From a virus, in the IMG/VR virus record IMGVR_UViG_3300025401_000028, positions 3,979-67,978 of that record: DNA of 64,000 bases; one strand, written 5' to 3'. The position numbers and the translations under genes were made by a program. Shown here piece after piece: positions 10,731-21,672 of the stretch. Every line of letters starts with the position of its first letter. The stretch's first letter is position 1. Below the pieces are notes generated by a model. It was not told where the DNA came from. It worked only from the letters and a program-made list of their open reading frames with translations, and did no database searches.

Positions 10731-10949
10731 TTACTGTAATTTTCCTAAAAGATCTTTTAGCATTTGTTTTATTTCTGTTACATCAGTTTTAAGTTGCTCT
10801 TGTTCATCGACAACTTTTACCAACTTTAATTTAAATTCACGTTCTTCTTTGTATTTATTAAGCAAAGAAGGATCTGTATTTAATATTGCTTTACTATCAG
10901 CATCACGAATAAGATCTTTACGATCTGTTACCAAAAGATGTTTTTTCAT
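10731..10949 (-). CDS. Small conserved T4-like coiled-coil protein
   Basis: LIRDADSKAILNTD motif; ATGA coupling with the upstream gene gives a start at 10949. Confidence 0.7.
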   Translation of the reverse strand: MKKHLLVTDRKDLIRDADSKAILNTDPSLLNKYKEEREFKLKLVKVVDEQEQLKTDVTEIKQMLKDLLGKLQ

Positions 10950-13504
10950 ACTTGAAGCGCCAAAGCTCTCATATCTGTACAACGAGGTACAATAACTGGA
11001 TTATTTGATGTTGGTACAATTTTAATTGCAAAAGTTAAATATGTATCATAAACGATATCTGTATTAGATACGTATCGAGTAATACCAAGATTATTCATAT
11101 AATTAAATGCGCCGGATTGATGTTCAAGCCCTGGAATAATACCAATATCCGCATACCATGTAGAGTTACCAACAACAGATGGCGGTGAGTTAAGAGTAAG
11201 AACAGTGCTGTTCGAATTTAAATTAACACCAACGATTTGACGAACATTGAACGTAGAAGTATTTGAACCGCCAGTATTCGCATTATTTAAATAGATATAT
11301 TGACCGTTTGAAAATGGTGCTACTGTATATGGCGAATTAATAGTTATGTTAGCCGAAGCATTACTACAAGCAACGGAATTAGAATAAACTAACTGGCTCT
11401 GTGGTAAACCATAAACAAGTTCAACGAAATCATTCGTATTAGTAGAACTACTAACTAATGCAGTTGATGTTGGCTGTTCGATAAGTCTTGAATAAATTTT
11501 TGATGTTAATGGATCTGGATCGTGGGCATTCAATAATTGTCCATATACTTGAAGGTTAGAACCAGCTGGACGATATGCACCAATATAAACTACAAGATCT
11601 TCTGCATCTTGACCAGTAGCAAGAACAACGCTTTTAGAAATATATCTTGATTGGCCAAGGAAAACATTAGAAGAATATTTTTCATTAATTTCAGTTGAAG
11701 ATGTTACTAGAGCATTGACATTTTGATTACCTACCTGATAAATCGTATTACCAGAAACAAAATTACCTGTAACATTACTTATTGAAATATAAATTGGATC
11801 AACACCAAGTACGGTACCAGTAGCAGTATTAGTCACACCATTATTTTGTGTTACTTGCATTCCTGTTTTAAAATAAGAATAATTATTGCTACTAATGCTA
11901 CGAGTTATAACATAACCAGATATATCATTTGAGTTATATAATAAATTTTTAGTTAATGTTAATGAATTACTAATCGTATCGATATATGGAGATATTTTAT
12001 TATTAGAAGTTGTTATTGATGCAGTAACACTAGTTGTACTATTTCCAGAATATAATATGTACTCGGTACTTCTAGATTTAATTGATCTTTCTGTATCAGA
12101 AAATTCAGTTACTACAAAATCCGTAAGAGAAGTTGTTGTAGCATCATAAGTATTAGAAGATGTTATTCCTTGTAAAGACCAATCGATATTCGTTGATTGT
12201 GTATCATTTTGAGCCATTTTAGGTATAACAGCATCGTATAATGAATCACTATTATAACGAATTGTTGCAGAACTTCCAGAACTAGAACCAATTAAAAGTT
12301 GCATATATGAATTACTAAAATTTACTGAACTATTTGCAGTAGACCCATAAAGATTAATTGGTACGCTTGTATTATATACCCCTTTTGTTCCGCTATAATA
12401 ACCATAAAGAGAATAATTATCGCCATTAATTTTGCCAACTAATGCATTAGGATCAGTAAAGGTAACATTAGCATCAACAGTAATAGCAGTAGAATTTACA
12501 GTGCTTACAACAAGACGAGGTTGTGCTATAGATCTGCTGCTAGTAGCAACAAAAATAGTTTGGTTCGAATAAAATATATTTGATGTACCATTACTTGTAG
12601 TAGGTAATGTTATTGTTGTATTAGAATAAGTTGCCGCATTTTGGGAAACCACAGAAACAACACCATTAGCCGCCGATGTTGAACCTTTAACATTAAATGT
12701 AGTATTAGAAGAAGAAACTACCCATGCCCCATTTGAAGATCCAATTATTAACTTAGTAGTATTTGCAAATACCAAATAACCAGTCGCAACATTAGCAGAA
12801 CCATTACTTTGGTAAACTGTTTCGCCAGAAGTAAACGAACCAGTATTAGAAGATATGGTCAATAGAGCTTGTTTAAAAACATTATTACTTACATAAACAC
12901 GTTCATTTGGATTAAAACTACCAGTCATCGTACTTATTAATAGTTGTTCGCAATTAGCAATATTATAAACTGCAGTACCTACACCACCACTAGTGGTAAA
13001 ATCTGCAGTATAAAGAGTATATTTCATAGCTTCAGATTTAACAGGCGTAAAATCAATATCATTTGTAGAAAGATATAAAGTTCCGTAAGTAGTAGCTGAT
13101 TGGTAAATCGGTGTATTTGTAGTAACGTCTGAACCACCGATTGAACCAGTCCAAATAGTATAATCCGGATTGCCGCCGACAGGAATAATTACTAATGCAT
13201 ATGAAGTTTGTGTTTGTAAAGTAATTGGGGAATCGAATGTAAATCTAGTAGGTACAGTTGCATCAGTAGAAGCTCTTATAATTGGCGTTCCGTTACTATA
13301 TGTATCGGAAGGATTAAGAGTTAAAGTAGCTTCTGGTAGCATATATGGAGTTGGTTGACCATTTTGAGTTGTGCAAATTCTAAGTTCAACACCGTAAGCA
13401 GAACTTACTTGTTGAAAATAAACATCAACAGATGTTAAAATAACACCTTCTACACCACCTACTGGCTCGTTAACATAAAATGTTTGGGCAATTGGAACAG
13501 TCAT
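10946..13504 (-). CDS. Virion structural protein, C-terminal counterpart of DUF4815/VrlC-like protein
   Basis: Starts PIAQTFYV...ILTSVDVYF and ends YISKSVVL...FAIKIV...PRCTDMRALAL, matching the C-terminal half of this family as I recall it. Confidence 0.75.
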   Translation of the reverse strand: MTVPIAQTFYVNEPVGGVEGVILTSVDVYFQQVSSAYGVELRICTTQNGQPTPYMLPEATLTLNPSDTYSNGTPIIRASTDATVPTRFTFDSPITLQTQTSYALVIIPVGGNPDYTIWTGSIGGSDVTTNTPIYQSATTYGTLYLSTNDIDFTPVKSEAMKYTLYTADFTTSGGVGTAVYNIANCEQLLISTMTGSFNPNERVYVSNNVFKQALLTISSNTGSFTSGETVYQSNGSANVATGYLVFANTTKLIIGSSNGAWVVSSSNTTFNVKGSTSAANGVVSVVSQNAATYSNTTITLPTTSNGTSNIFYSNQTIFVATSSRSIAQPRLVVSTVNSTAITVDANVTFTDPNALVGKINGDNYSLYGYYSGTKGVYNTSVPINLYGSTANSSVNFSNSYMQLLIGSSSGSSATIRYNSDSLYDAVIPKMAQNDTQSTNIDWSLQGITSSNTYDATTTSLTDFVVTEFSDTERSIKSRSTEYILYSGNSTTSVTASITTSNNKISPYIDTISNSLTLTKNLLYNSNDISGYVITRSISSNNYSYFKTGMQVTQNNGVTNTATGTVLGVDPIYISISNVTGNFVSGNTIYQVGNQNVNALVTSSTEINEKYSSNVFLGQSRYISKSVVLATGQDAEDLVVYIGAYRPAGSNLQVYGQLLNAHDPDPLTSKIYSRLIEQPTSTALVSSSTNTNDFVELVYGLPQSQLVYSNSVACSNASANITINSPYTVAPFSNGQYIYLNNANTGGSNTSTFNVRQIVGVNLNSNSTVLTLNSPPSVVGNSTWYADIGIIPGLEHQSGAFNYMNNLGITRYVSNTDIVYDTYLTFAIKIVPTSNNPVIVPRCTDMRALALQV

Positions 13505-13559
13505 TTATACCTCTAAGTTAATTAACATATTTATTAAATAATTCGAATAAAATTATCCG

Positions 13560-16500
13560 TCATCCTTCTGGATCGCTTTTTTCTGGTTCTGGGCTAGAAG
13601 TATCGTTATTTCCAAGACTATTTGCTTCTCCAGTTCCACGTGGATCTGCTGAAGATCCATTCGTGGCAGGTCCAGTAGCACTACCGAGACCTGCTGCTTC
13701 TGCTGCGCCACGTGGATCGCCAGGACCAGTAGTAGTTCCAGTACTACCTGTACTAGAAGTTCCGGAGGTATCAGCTGCTCCAGTTGTTTCGGTAGGATTA
13801 TCAGCTTGTACCGTATCAACAACAAAATTATTACCACCACCACCACCGCCACCGTCGTTACTTACTATAGTTACTGTAATATTCGACTGACTAGTTTTTA
13901 CTACAACATTTGCTGTTTGAGTTACTTGAGAAATATTAAAAGTAGCTTCTTGAGCGGAAAGAATTGAAGATCCTTTACCTAATGAAAGATTAGTACCATA
14001 AAAAGTACCAATTGCCTGAGTTGTAATAGCATTAGCACCAGTTATTATATTTGGCACATCAACCATACTAAAATTTAAAGTAGTTGCAGTAAATGTATTA
14101 GCTGGTATTTTGAAATATGCATATACCGTACCAGTATTATCTGAATAAACTGGAGAACCATAAGTTACACTAGAATTTGCTGGGCTGAATATTGTATTAG
14201 CAGAAACAACCGAATTAGCACCTACTGATGGATTAGCCCAATATTTGTGCGGAACTACTTTATTATTAATTTTATATGTAATGGCAGCTGGCATAACAAA
14301 ATTATTAACATCAACATTATTTACGAACGAATAAACACGAGTATTTGGTTTTAAACCAGTAGCAGTCAAGCGTGTTATGATTGGCTGTATATACGGAAGA
14401 ATAGAAACATTAGTTACATAAGTTCCAAGATTATAATTACTAGTGGCAACATTAGCTGTGTATGAATTAGCAGATCTTTGAACAGTTGTAGTTTTTGTAG
14501 AACTATTATATGTACTGTTTGATGTATTAACAGTTTTAGTACTTACTGCTTTCCAATTGCTCCATTGAGTTCCATATGCAGCTGCAAGATTTACCCAATT
14601 CGACGAAAGATCTAAATCAGTAACAACATCTGGCGATACTGTTATATCAGGTTGAGTTGATCCAGATGGATTAAATGATATAGTTCCATTCCAATGATAT
14701 ATATTTCCTTCGATTGCATTTCTATATGCTGATGCATAAGGTTGTGAAAGATATGCATTTTCTGTATACGCTAGCATCACATATTTACCTGCTTTGACAG
14801 TATTAGAACTAGCATTATTGTTATATGTTAAAGGTCTTTGCATTTGCGAAAATGCAGGTCTCATATTTCCAGAATTTGAATCAATAGCAATATTATATGT
14901 TGGATCTTTGGTATTACCAATGCTGTGATCGGTAAATGGTTCTACAAGGACACCATTTTGAAATCTATTTTGACCAGTAGTTCCTGAACGAACAAGAAGA
15001 TTTGTTGCTGACTGTTCAAGCAATGATAATGATGTATAATATTGAAGATTATTAATTTGATTTGCAAGACCGCCAATATCTTTCATAGTATAGCGTTTTT
15101 GCTGAGTAATCGTAGATGTAATAGCATAATCATATCTATTAGCAGTTTTTGCTTCTGGTGTAGATAATGAAGGGTATGGCGGAATATTAACAATACCAAG
15201 AGTCATTGTACCATTCGGAGGTTGTGGAGAACTAGGATTGACTGATGGTTTTCCCTCATATACTTTGAATTGGCCAGAAGTAGTAATAACCGCAATATCT
15301 GTACGTGCATAATATGATTGAATATTCGCTTGATAATTAGTGTCTGGAGTTGGAATAAAAGAACCATAAGAAGGATCGATATAATATGTTAATACGGCAG
15401 AAGGGTTGATAGTCGCTACAGTTGACCAATTTGTTGAATTAGCTAATGTATTAGCAGTGTTATTTGCCCAAGGGCGAAAATCAATACTATCTCTTAAATC
15501 GTATACTGTTCCAGAAGTTGATTTATACTGTGGAATAAGTTGAGTTTGAATAGCTGTTGTATTTGAAGTATTAGTATCATCAATCGGATATGAATTTGCA
15601 TTAAAGAAACCAACACCTTGAGATTGGTCATATGTAAATATACTAACATCAACAAGAATTCTTGAGTTTGTAGTTAGACTATTTCCGAGTGCATATATTT
15701 GAGCAAGACCGTAATAGTTATCTCTCTGCCCGTTATCAACAGAAAATAATGATCTACTATTCGTAACTGTATTACTAAATGTTCCGTTATTAATATAGAT
15801 ACCGTTGATGCTATAAACATCAGCAAGACCTAAAGACCAAGGACCATTTGAACCAGCTGAATGACTAGCACAGTTAATAGCAACATATACGCTAGATTTT
15901 AAAACTTTTTTAACAGGAACTGTAGCTTCTCTTAAAATATCATAGTAAACATTTGCGCCCATAGTTCCAGTAAGACTTTCACCAAGAGTAAATGTTGCAG
16001 TAGTAGCTGTCGAAACAATAGATCTCGTATTCGCGCCAACTCTTTTAGTAAAATCTAAAGGTACACCAGCTGGGAATATTTTAAAATGGTTACTGTTTGT
16101 ATTTGTGCTACTAAAAGTATTAGATACAGTCATTAATGTATTATTTGAAATTACATTAATTTGTCTAACTTGACCATTAACACTAATAAAATCACCGACC
16201 GAATAATCAGTTAGAAATGCAGTTGATCCAACTGCAGTAACATTAGATTGAGAAGCTGTTACAGACACGTTACCATTTTTATTTGCAGTAGTACCATTAG
16301 TAGTTGGTATGATAATAAATGTTGACGTGCCAATTCCTGTTTCAGTTCCTTCAACTTGAAATATTTCAGTTGCCGAACCTTTAGGAGCTCCAACAGAAAC
16401 AGTCATAATACCTGAAGTACTAAATGTAGATGTATTAGCACGGCGATATACATATTGCTGATTTGTAAATCCATTCGAAGAAAGAGCTTTTTGCCCAAAC

Positions 16501-18017
16501 GGGAAAATCATTGAGTTATAATTAGATTGTTGGATAACGGCTGTATTGTCTAATGATAATACAATATCAGCAACACCATTAACCGAACTTGAATTATAAT
16601 TGATAATACTTTTTACACTACTAAAATTTTGCCCTGGATACATCTGAACATTGAATAGATAAACAATATATTGACCTGATGGAGTACCAGCAGTACCGGA
16701 ATTAATTTCTACGCCTCTGATGTATGCAGTACCGATTTGTGTTGTTGAAGAATAACCAACACCAAGGAACGAATCAGAAGAAATAGCACGTTTTGCTACA
16801 CTATGAAGTTGAACTTGTTGTAATGTATTTGTTTGAAAATCACCAACATATTCTTGAACAATAGTATAATAGCCATAATTTGTAGTTACCACAGCACCAG
16901 TGGATGGCGCGAGGTCAGTTGCTTTTCTTAATGGCGTTACATTATTGTTTAGGAAATTTACATTGTATCCTTCAACATAACCTTCACCAGCCGAAGAAAT
17001 TAAATTAAGATAAGTTGTATTCGAATAGGTGCTGTTACTTGCGGTATTAGTTTCGATTCTTGGAGTAGTCGAAAGAACGAAAGGCGATACGATAAAATCT
17101 CCATTCGTCTCATACGTACGACGAGCCATTTCATCTTCGATTGAAGCAAATTGAGTATTATTTTTAATTGAAACTGGATAACCTGCAACGAAATCGCAAA
17201 GTGAGAAAAACGAAATAGTGTTCGAAACAGCATTTGTTTGACGAGTAACAAGTGTCGGAATAAGCTGGAGTCTGTGTGCTCCAGGAGCAAGATAATTTGG
17301 CGTTCCAGAAGCATTATCATAAAGAGCGGAATTTGCTTGTGGTGTAATAATATTTTCAACTGCTTCAAAACCAACTGAAATATTATCAGGAGCATTATTG
17401 AATGCATCAATAACGATAGTTTGTGGCAATACGTTAATGAAGTAACCATCTTTAAAAATAGTACCACTTGTCGTTGTAAATGCGTAGCCTACTCCAGTAA
17501 CACCATTAGCCGAAGTGGCAACAGTAACATTACCAACGGCAACATTAGCTGTAGTTGCGATTACAAGAGTATCGTTTGCATTAAATGTTGATTGTGGCGA
17601 ACCGTTCGAATAAACTGCAGTATTAATATACTTAACGTAAAGAGTATTAAGATATGGATCTTGTGATTGAAAACCTTGAACTGCATTAACAATACTGGCT
17701 TTTAGACCGTTTGTGTTATAGATAATATTACCGATAAAATTGCTAATTGTAAATGCTGTACCGTTTGCATAGTTATCATTAATTTTTACAAACTGATAAT
17801 TGTTATCGAATGTAAATGCGCAACCTTCAGTTACTGATCCATCTTTAATTAAATTTCTACCAAATTTGCTAATCTGATCTTGTAAGATCGATTGCATAGC
17901 ATTAAGTTCTCTTGTCTGAACAGCAACGCCAGGACGATATAAAATTTGATAATAATTTGAATTAGCATTAAAATCGTCAAAATAAGGTGACTGAGATAGA
18001 TCAATTTGTAGAGTCAT
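13560..18017 (-). CDS. DUF4815/VrlC-like large baseplate-associated structural protein
   Basis: SPYFDDF..YYQILYRPG.AVQTRELN, APGAHRL, MARRTYETNGDF and RYTMKDIG...YYTSLSLLE motifs. Confidence 0.85.
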   Translation of the reverse strand: MTLQIDLSQSPYFDDFNANSNYYQILYRPGVAVQTRELNAMQSILQDQISKFGRNLIKDGSVTEGCAFTFDNNYQFVKINDNYANGTAFTISNFIGNIIYNTNGLKASIVNAVQGFQSQDPYLNTLYVKYINTAVYSNGSPQSTFNANDTLVIATTANVAVGNVTVATSANGVTGVGYAFTTTSGTIFKDGYFINVLPQTIVIDAFNNAPDNISVGFEAVENIITPQANSALYDNASGTPNYLAPGAHRLQLIPTLVTRQTNAVSNTISFFSLCDFVAGYPVSIKNNTQFASIEDEMARRTYETNGDFIVSPFVLSTTPRIETNTASNSTYSNTTYLNLISSAGEGYVEGYNVNFLNNNVTPLRKATDLAPSTGAVVTTNYGYYTIVQEYVGDFQTNTLQQVQLHSVAKRAISSDSFLGVGYSSTTQIGTAYIRGVEINSGTAGTPSGQYIVYLFNVQMYPGQNFSSVKSIINYNSSSVNGVADIVLSLDNTAVIQQSNYNSMIFPFGQKALSSNGFTNQQYVYRRANTSTFSTSGIMTVSVGAPKGSATEIFQVEGTETGIGTSTFIIIPTTNGTTANKNGNVSVTASQSNVTAVGSTAFLTDYSVGDFISVNGQVRQINVISNNTLMTVSNTFSSTNTNSNHFKIFPAGVPLDFTKRVGANTRSIVSTATTATFTLGESLTGTMGANVYYDILREATVPVKKVLKSSVYVAINCASHSAGSNGPWSLGLADVYSINGIYINNGTFSNTVTNSRSLFSVDNGQRDNYYGLAQIYALGNSLTTNSRILVDVSIFTYDQSQGVGFFNANSYPIDDTNTSNTTAIQTQLIPQYKSTSGTVYDLRDSIDFRPWANNTANTLANSTNWSTVATINPSAVLTYYIDPSYGSFIPTPDTNYQANIQSYYARTDIAVITTSGQFKVYEGKPSVNPSSPQPPNGTMTLGIVNIPPYPSLSTPEAKTANRYDYAITSTITQQKRYTMKDIGGLANQINNLQYYTSLSLLEQSATNLLVRSGTTGQNRFQNGVLVEPFTDHSIGNTKDPTYNIAIDSNSGNMRPAFSQMQRPLTYNNNASSNTVKAGKYVMLAYTENAYLSQPYASAYRNAIEGNIYHWNGTISFNPSGSTQPDITVSPDVVTDLDLSSNWVNLAAAYGTQWSNWKAVSTKTVNTSNSTYNSSTKTTTVQRSANSYTANVATSNYNLGTYVTNVSILPYIQPIITRLTATGLKPNTRVYSFVNNVDVNNFVMPAAITYKINNKVVPHKYWANPSVGANSVVSANTIFSPANSSVTYGSPVYSDNTGTVYAYFKIPANTFTATTLNFSMVDVPNIITGANAITTQAIGTFYGTNLSLGKGSSILSAQEATFNISQVTQTANVVVKTSQSNITVTIVSNDGGGGGGGNNFVVDTVQADNPTETTGAADTSGTSSTGSTGTTTGPGDPRGAAEAAGLGSATGPATNGSSADPRGTGEANSLGNNDTSSPEPEKSDPEG

Positions 18018-18030
18018 ATTTTCCTCTGTA

Positions 18031-21000
18031 TTAGAACTGAATAACTATTTTAACAACTTCAGTAGAAGTATTTGATAAAGTAACGGGTGCAAAATTTTCA
18101 AGATAGATAACGTCACCAGAGAGTCTTACAAGATCAGGATAAACGATACTATTATTAACTGTATTTAATCCTATTGCCCCAGAATTAGAACCAACCATAT
18201 TAGCAGATAATATTCCACTCTGGAATCTATTTGGTCCACCGATATTATTTAATACTAAAACAGTATAAACATTAGCTATAGTTGCACCTGTATTTAGTAT
18301 ATTTTTAAAGATGTCTCCATTCGCAAATGATTTATTCTTTGCTGTCACTCTCAAATATGTAGTATTCGCGAATGTAACGATACCCGTACCATTTGAACTT
18401 GCATTTTGGCTCGAGATAATATCTCCGACATTAAATGTACCATTCGCTCCAGTATATACAATATCAACATCATTATTTGTTGAAATAATAGTACCATAAG
18501 CATTAGTGCTAGCTTGAGTTAGCACTTCAAATTGTTGAAATGGTAAAGTATTCGAAGTTAATGGCATTCTTAATGTTTGATTAAAATATTGACCGAATAT
18601 ATTTGTAACATTAATCGTATTATTAGAACCATAAAGTGAAGTTACATTAGCCTGAGCACCAGTAAGAAAATCAGTGATATAACTATTAGAAGTAAATGTA
18701 CCTTCAACATTCGATAAAGCGATTTGAGTGTTAGTATTCAATGCAACAATTTGAGCAGTAGATAATGAAGTGTTTTCAGTAACAATTTCAACATTAGAAA
18801 TTAAACTAAAATATACCGTATTTTGAGCAGCTACGTTGGCTGTAGAACCAGAATTTATACCGATAATATTATCGTTTGACGGAACACCGTTAGCAAACAT
18901 CATATTTGCGGCAAAAGTTCCTTGAGCATTATAAAGAACAAGAGTTCCTTGAGTAGAATTAGCAACATTAGCTGTGTATGAAAGAACCATACCAACACCA
19001 ACGGTTTGTTGATTTGAAAATACTGTAGAAATAGTATTTACTACAGCATTTGATCCTGAAGTAACACCTTTAAGTTGGCGATACGTATCAAAATATCCAT
19101 TTGTAGGATTAACAACAATTTGAGTAGTATTGGCTGAAAAAACGATTCCGTATGCAGTATTTGCAGAACCATTACTTTGATATACTATTTCTTTAAGAGT
19201 AAATGGACCTGTATTAGAAGAGATATTTAATCCATTCATTTCCATATTACCTAATTGCAACACGCTTTCGTTATTAGAAAACACGCCAGAAACATTTGTA
19301 AGTTGCAACTTTACTCTATTAAAATTATTAAGATTTACTGTAATGTCATTATACAACGGATCTTCTAAAATACCAACTTTACGATATTTGCCATATACTG
19401 GGAAAGTATATCCTTGAGTTGAACCATTAGCGATATTAACAGTTATGCCAACATACGATGCGCCAAGTTCAGAATATGTATTTGAGCCATGACCAGTTGC
19501 TGGCGAAATAGTAGGAGCAGCTTTTGCACCACTACCATAATTCGAATTAGCTGAGATTGCAATTGTAGCATTAGAGTAATTAGATCCAGGATTAATTACT
19601 ACAATTTGCTGAATGTTATTTGTAGAATTCGTTGCAGTATTAACAACTGTATATGCCGATGCATTCGATCCATCTCCAGTAACCGTTACTGTCGGTGAAA
19701 TTATATATTGAGTAAGAGCATTTGGAATCGTGTAATATGAAATTAAATTAGCAGTTCCAAGAGAAACATAAGTTGATGAATCTCTAGCAGTAAGAGTTTG
19801 CCCAAGAACAAAAGTTCCAGTAGGAGCAGTAGTTGTTATATTAGGATAACTAATTTGAGAAACAATAGATGCTTTTTGTAATGACGATTCGCCTCTTACA
19901 AAAAGTCCAGGAGTAATTGTTCCATTTACATTGCTAAGGATAAGTGTCGATGAATTAGCATATGATATAATAGCATTTGCACCTTGATAGATATTGTTAA
20001 TATCTACTTGGTCTATTTTTTCACCGATGATAAAACTTTGACCGATAGTAGCTACGTTATTATAAGTTAAATTGATACCATTAAGATTTGTATTCGAAAT
20101 ATAAGCATTTGCAGAAGTTAATGTGGTCGATAATATGTCGGCTGCATAAGGCATTAAATAATATGAATTAGCAACAAGAGTATTTGAAAATGCAGTTGCT
20201 GTAGTTACAACTGTAGTATTAACAGCTGTAATTCTTCGCATATTAGTATTTGCATTAGAACCAACACGAATATAATTATTTACAGAAAATGTAGTATTCG
20301 CTGTTCCAGTTGAAATATAAACGTAACTTAAACCATTATTGCTTGTCGATACAGTATTAATAACCGCATTCGAACTAGAACTAACACCTTTAGCTTGATA
20401 AGAATTTGACCAAGAACCAGTTGATTTGCCAACATAAATTGTAGAACTATTCGAACTAAAAACAATACCATTTGCTGTATTGGCAGAACCGTTACTTTGA
20501 TAAATTGTTTCGCCAACTGTAAATGCGCCAGTATTCGAAGTTATATTTAATACTTGAAATGGCTGGACAGTAGCAGTACCTGATTGTATCGATCCGCCTT
20601 GAGTAGTATCATAGATAGGAATATTAAGAGAAAATACGTTTGCGCCACTATTACGAACAACTTTAAGAACTGTTGAATTGGCAGTTATAATTGTACCATT
20701 TGCACCAGTATCTGTTTGAATAATTGTATCGCCAACTTGAAAAATTCCTTGAGGATAATAGTAAGCAATGCTGTCGATATTTTGAGTTAAAATATTTCCA
20801 ACAGAAATAGAACCAGTTTGTGCTGATAAATTGAATACGGCATAAGTGTTAAATGCAGGTGTTACAGTAACTAATTTGTTAAGTCCATCATATTTTGTAA
20901 TTTTACTAACTTGTCCCGCACCGAAACCAGCATTTAAATACATCGATGAACCAGTATAGTAATCATTATATGGAGATGCTCCACTATCGATACTTACTGT

Positions 21001-21642
21001 GTGATTATTAACAGTTGATGTTAAATATCCAGAATAATATGTTTGATAATTATTACCGCCAGCAGTAACACGAATAACGTCGATAGTTCCTCCGACAGCA
21101 TTTGAAGTTACGTTTGCATTTGGCGTTACTGGAATGTATGTGTTTGATGTGAAATTAGTATTAGCATTAGTACTAATGCTATACATATATTTCCACGTAT
21201 ACCCATCAGATGTATTAAATGTACCATATGGAGTTGTGAGAGATGGTTTTACTGTTGAGTTGGCACCATTATTATTATCGATTACTTTATAAACTTCGTA
21301 ATTGTCCGTAACAACGAAAAACTTTTTAGAATACATATTACCATCATTTTGATCATATCTATCAAAATATGTATTATTAGCCCAGTCATATCTAGGAATC
21401 ATTTGAATGATATTATTGTTACTGATTCTTAAACCAAAAGTAAGGTCATCATAAATTACTGATTCGTGTTGAGAAACCGAAGCATTTGCTACAAGAACAT
21501 TCGAATCATTAATTTGACCATTCGCATCCGTCCACGGTGTTGGTTTGCCAAAATACATAAAATATGCTTTTCTAGAATTCGTTATGTTTGTAATAAACGA
21601 ATTTACAGCATCAAGATATTGGTGAATAGTTAGTACTGCCAT
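18031..21642 (-). CDS. gp8: Baseplate wedge subunit gp8 with large repeat insertions
   Basis: MIPRYDW, FFVVTDNYEVYKVIDNN, TSDGYTWKYMYSI, GHGSN..SELG and YRKVGILEDP motifs; C-terminal SGDVIYLEN...EVVKIVIQF. Confidence 0.88.
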   Translation of the reverse strand: MAVLTIHQYLDAVNSFITNITNSRKAYFMYFGKPTPWTDANGQINDSNVLVANASVSQHESVIYDDLTFGLRISNNNIIQMIPRYDWANNTYFDRYDQNDGNMYSKKFFVVTDNYEVYKVIDNNNGANSTVKPSLTTPYGTFNTSDGYTWKYMYSISTNANTNFTSNTYIPVTPNANVTSNAVGGTIDVIRVTAGGNNYQTYYSGYLTSTVNNHTVSIDSGASPYNDYYTGSSMYLNAGFGAGQVSKITKYDGLNKLVTVTPAFNTYAVFNLSAQTGSISVGNILTQNIDSIAYYYPQGIFQVGDTIIQTDTGANGTIITANSTVLKVVRNSGANVFSLNIPIYDTTQGGSIQSGTATVQPFQVLNITSNTGAFTVGETIYQSNGSANTANGIVFSSNSSTIYVGKSTGSWSNSYQAKGVSSSSNAVINTVSTSNNGLSYVYISTGTANTTFSVNNYIRVGSNANTNMRRITAVNTTVVTTATAFSNTLVANSYYLMPYAADILSTTLTSANAYISNTNLNGINLTYNNVATIGQSFIIGEKIDQVDINNIYQGANAIISYANSSTLILSNVNGTITPGLFVRGESSLQKASIVSQISYPNITTTAPTGTFVLGQTLTARDSSTYVSLGTANLISYYTIPNALTQYIISPTVTVTGDGSNASAYTVVNTATNSTNNIQQIVVINPGSNYSNATIAISANSNYGSGAKAAPTISPATGHGSNTYSELGASYVGITVNIANGSTQGYTFPVYGKYRKVGILEDPLYNDITVNLNNFNRVKLQLTNVSGVFSNNESVLQLGNMEMNGLNISSNTGPFTLKEIVYQSNGSANTAYGIVFSANTTQIVVNPTNGYFDTYRQLKGVTSGSNAVVNTISTVFSNQQTVGVGMVLSYTANVANSTQGTLVLYNAQGTFAANMMFANGVPSNDNIIGINSGSTANVAAQNTVYFSLISNVEIVTENTSLSTAQIVALNTNTQIALSNVEGTFTSNSYITDFLTGAQANVTSLYGSNNTINVTNIFGQYFNQTLRMPLTSNTLPFQQFEVLTQASTNAYGTIISTNNDVDIVYTGANGTFNVGDIISSQNASSNGTGIVTFANTTYLRVTAKNKSFANGDIFKNILNTGATIANVYTVLVLNNIGGPNRFQSGILSANMVGSNSGAIGLNTVNNSIVYPDLVRLSGDVIYLENFAPVTLSNTSTEVVKIVIQF

Positions 21643-21672
21643 TTTAATTCCAACGGTTGTTTATTGTTATAT

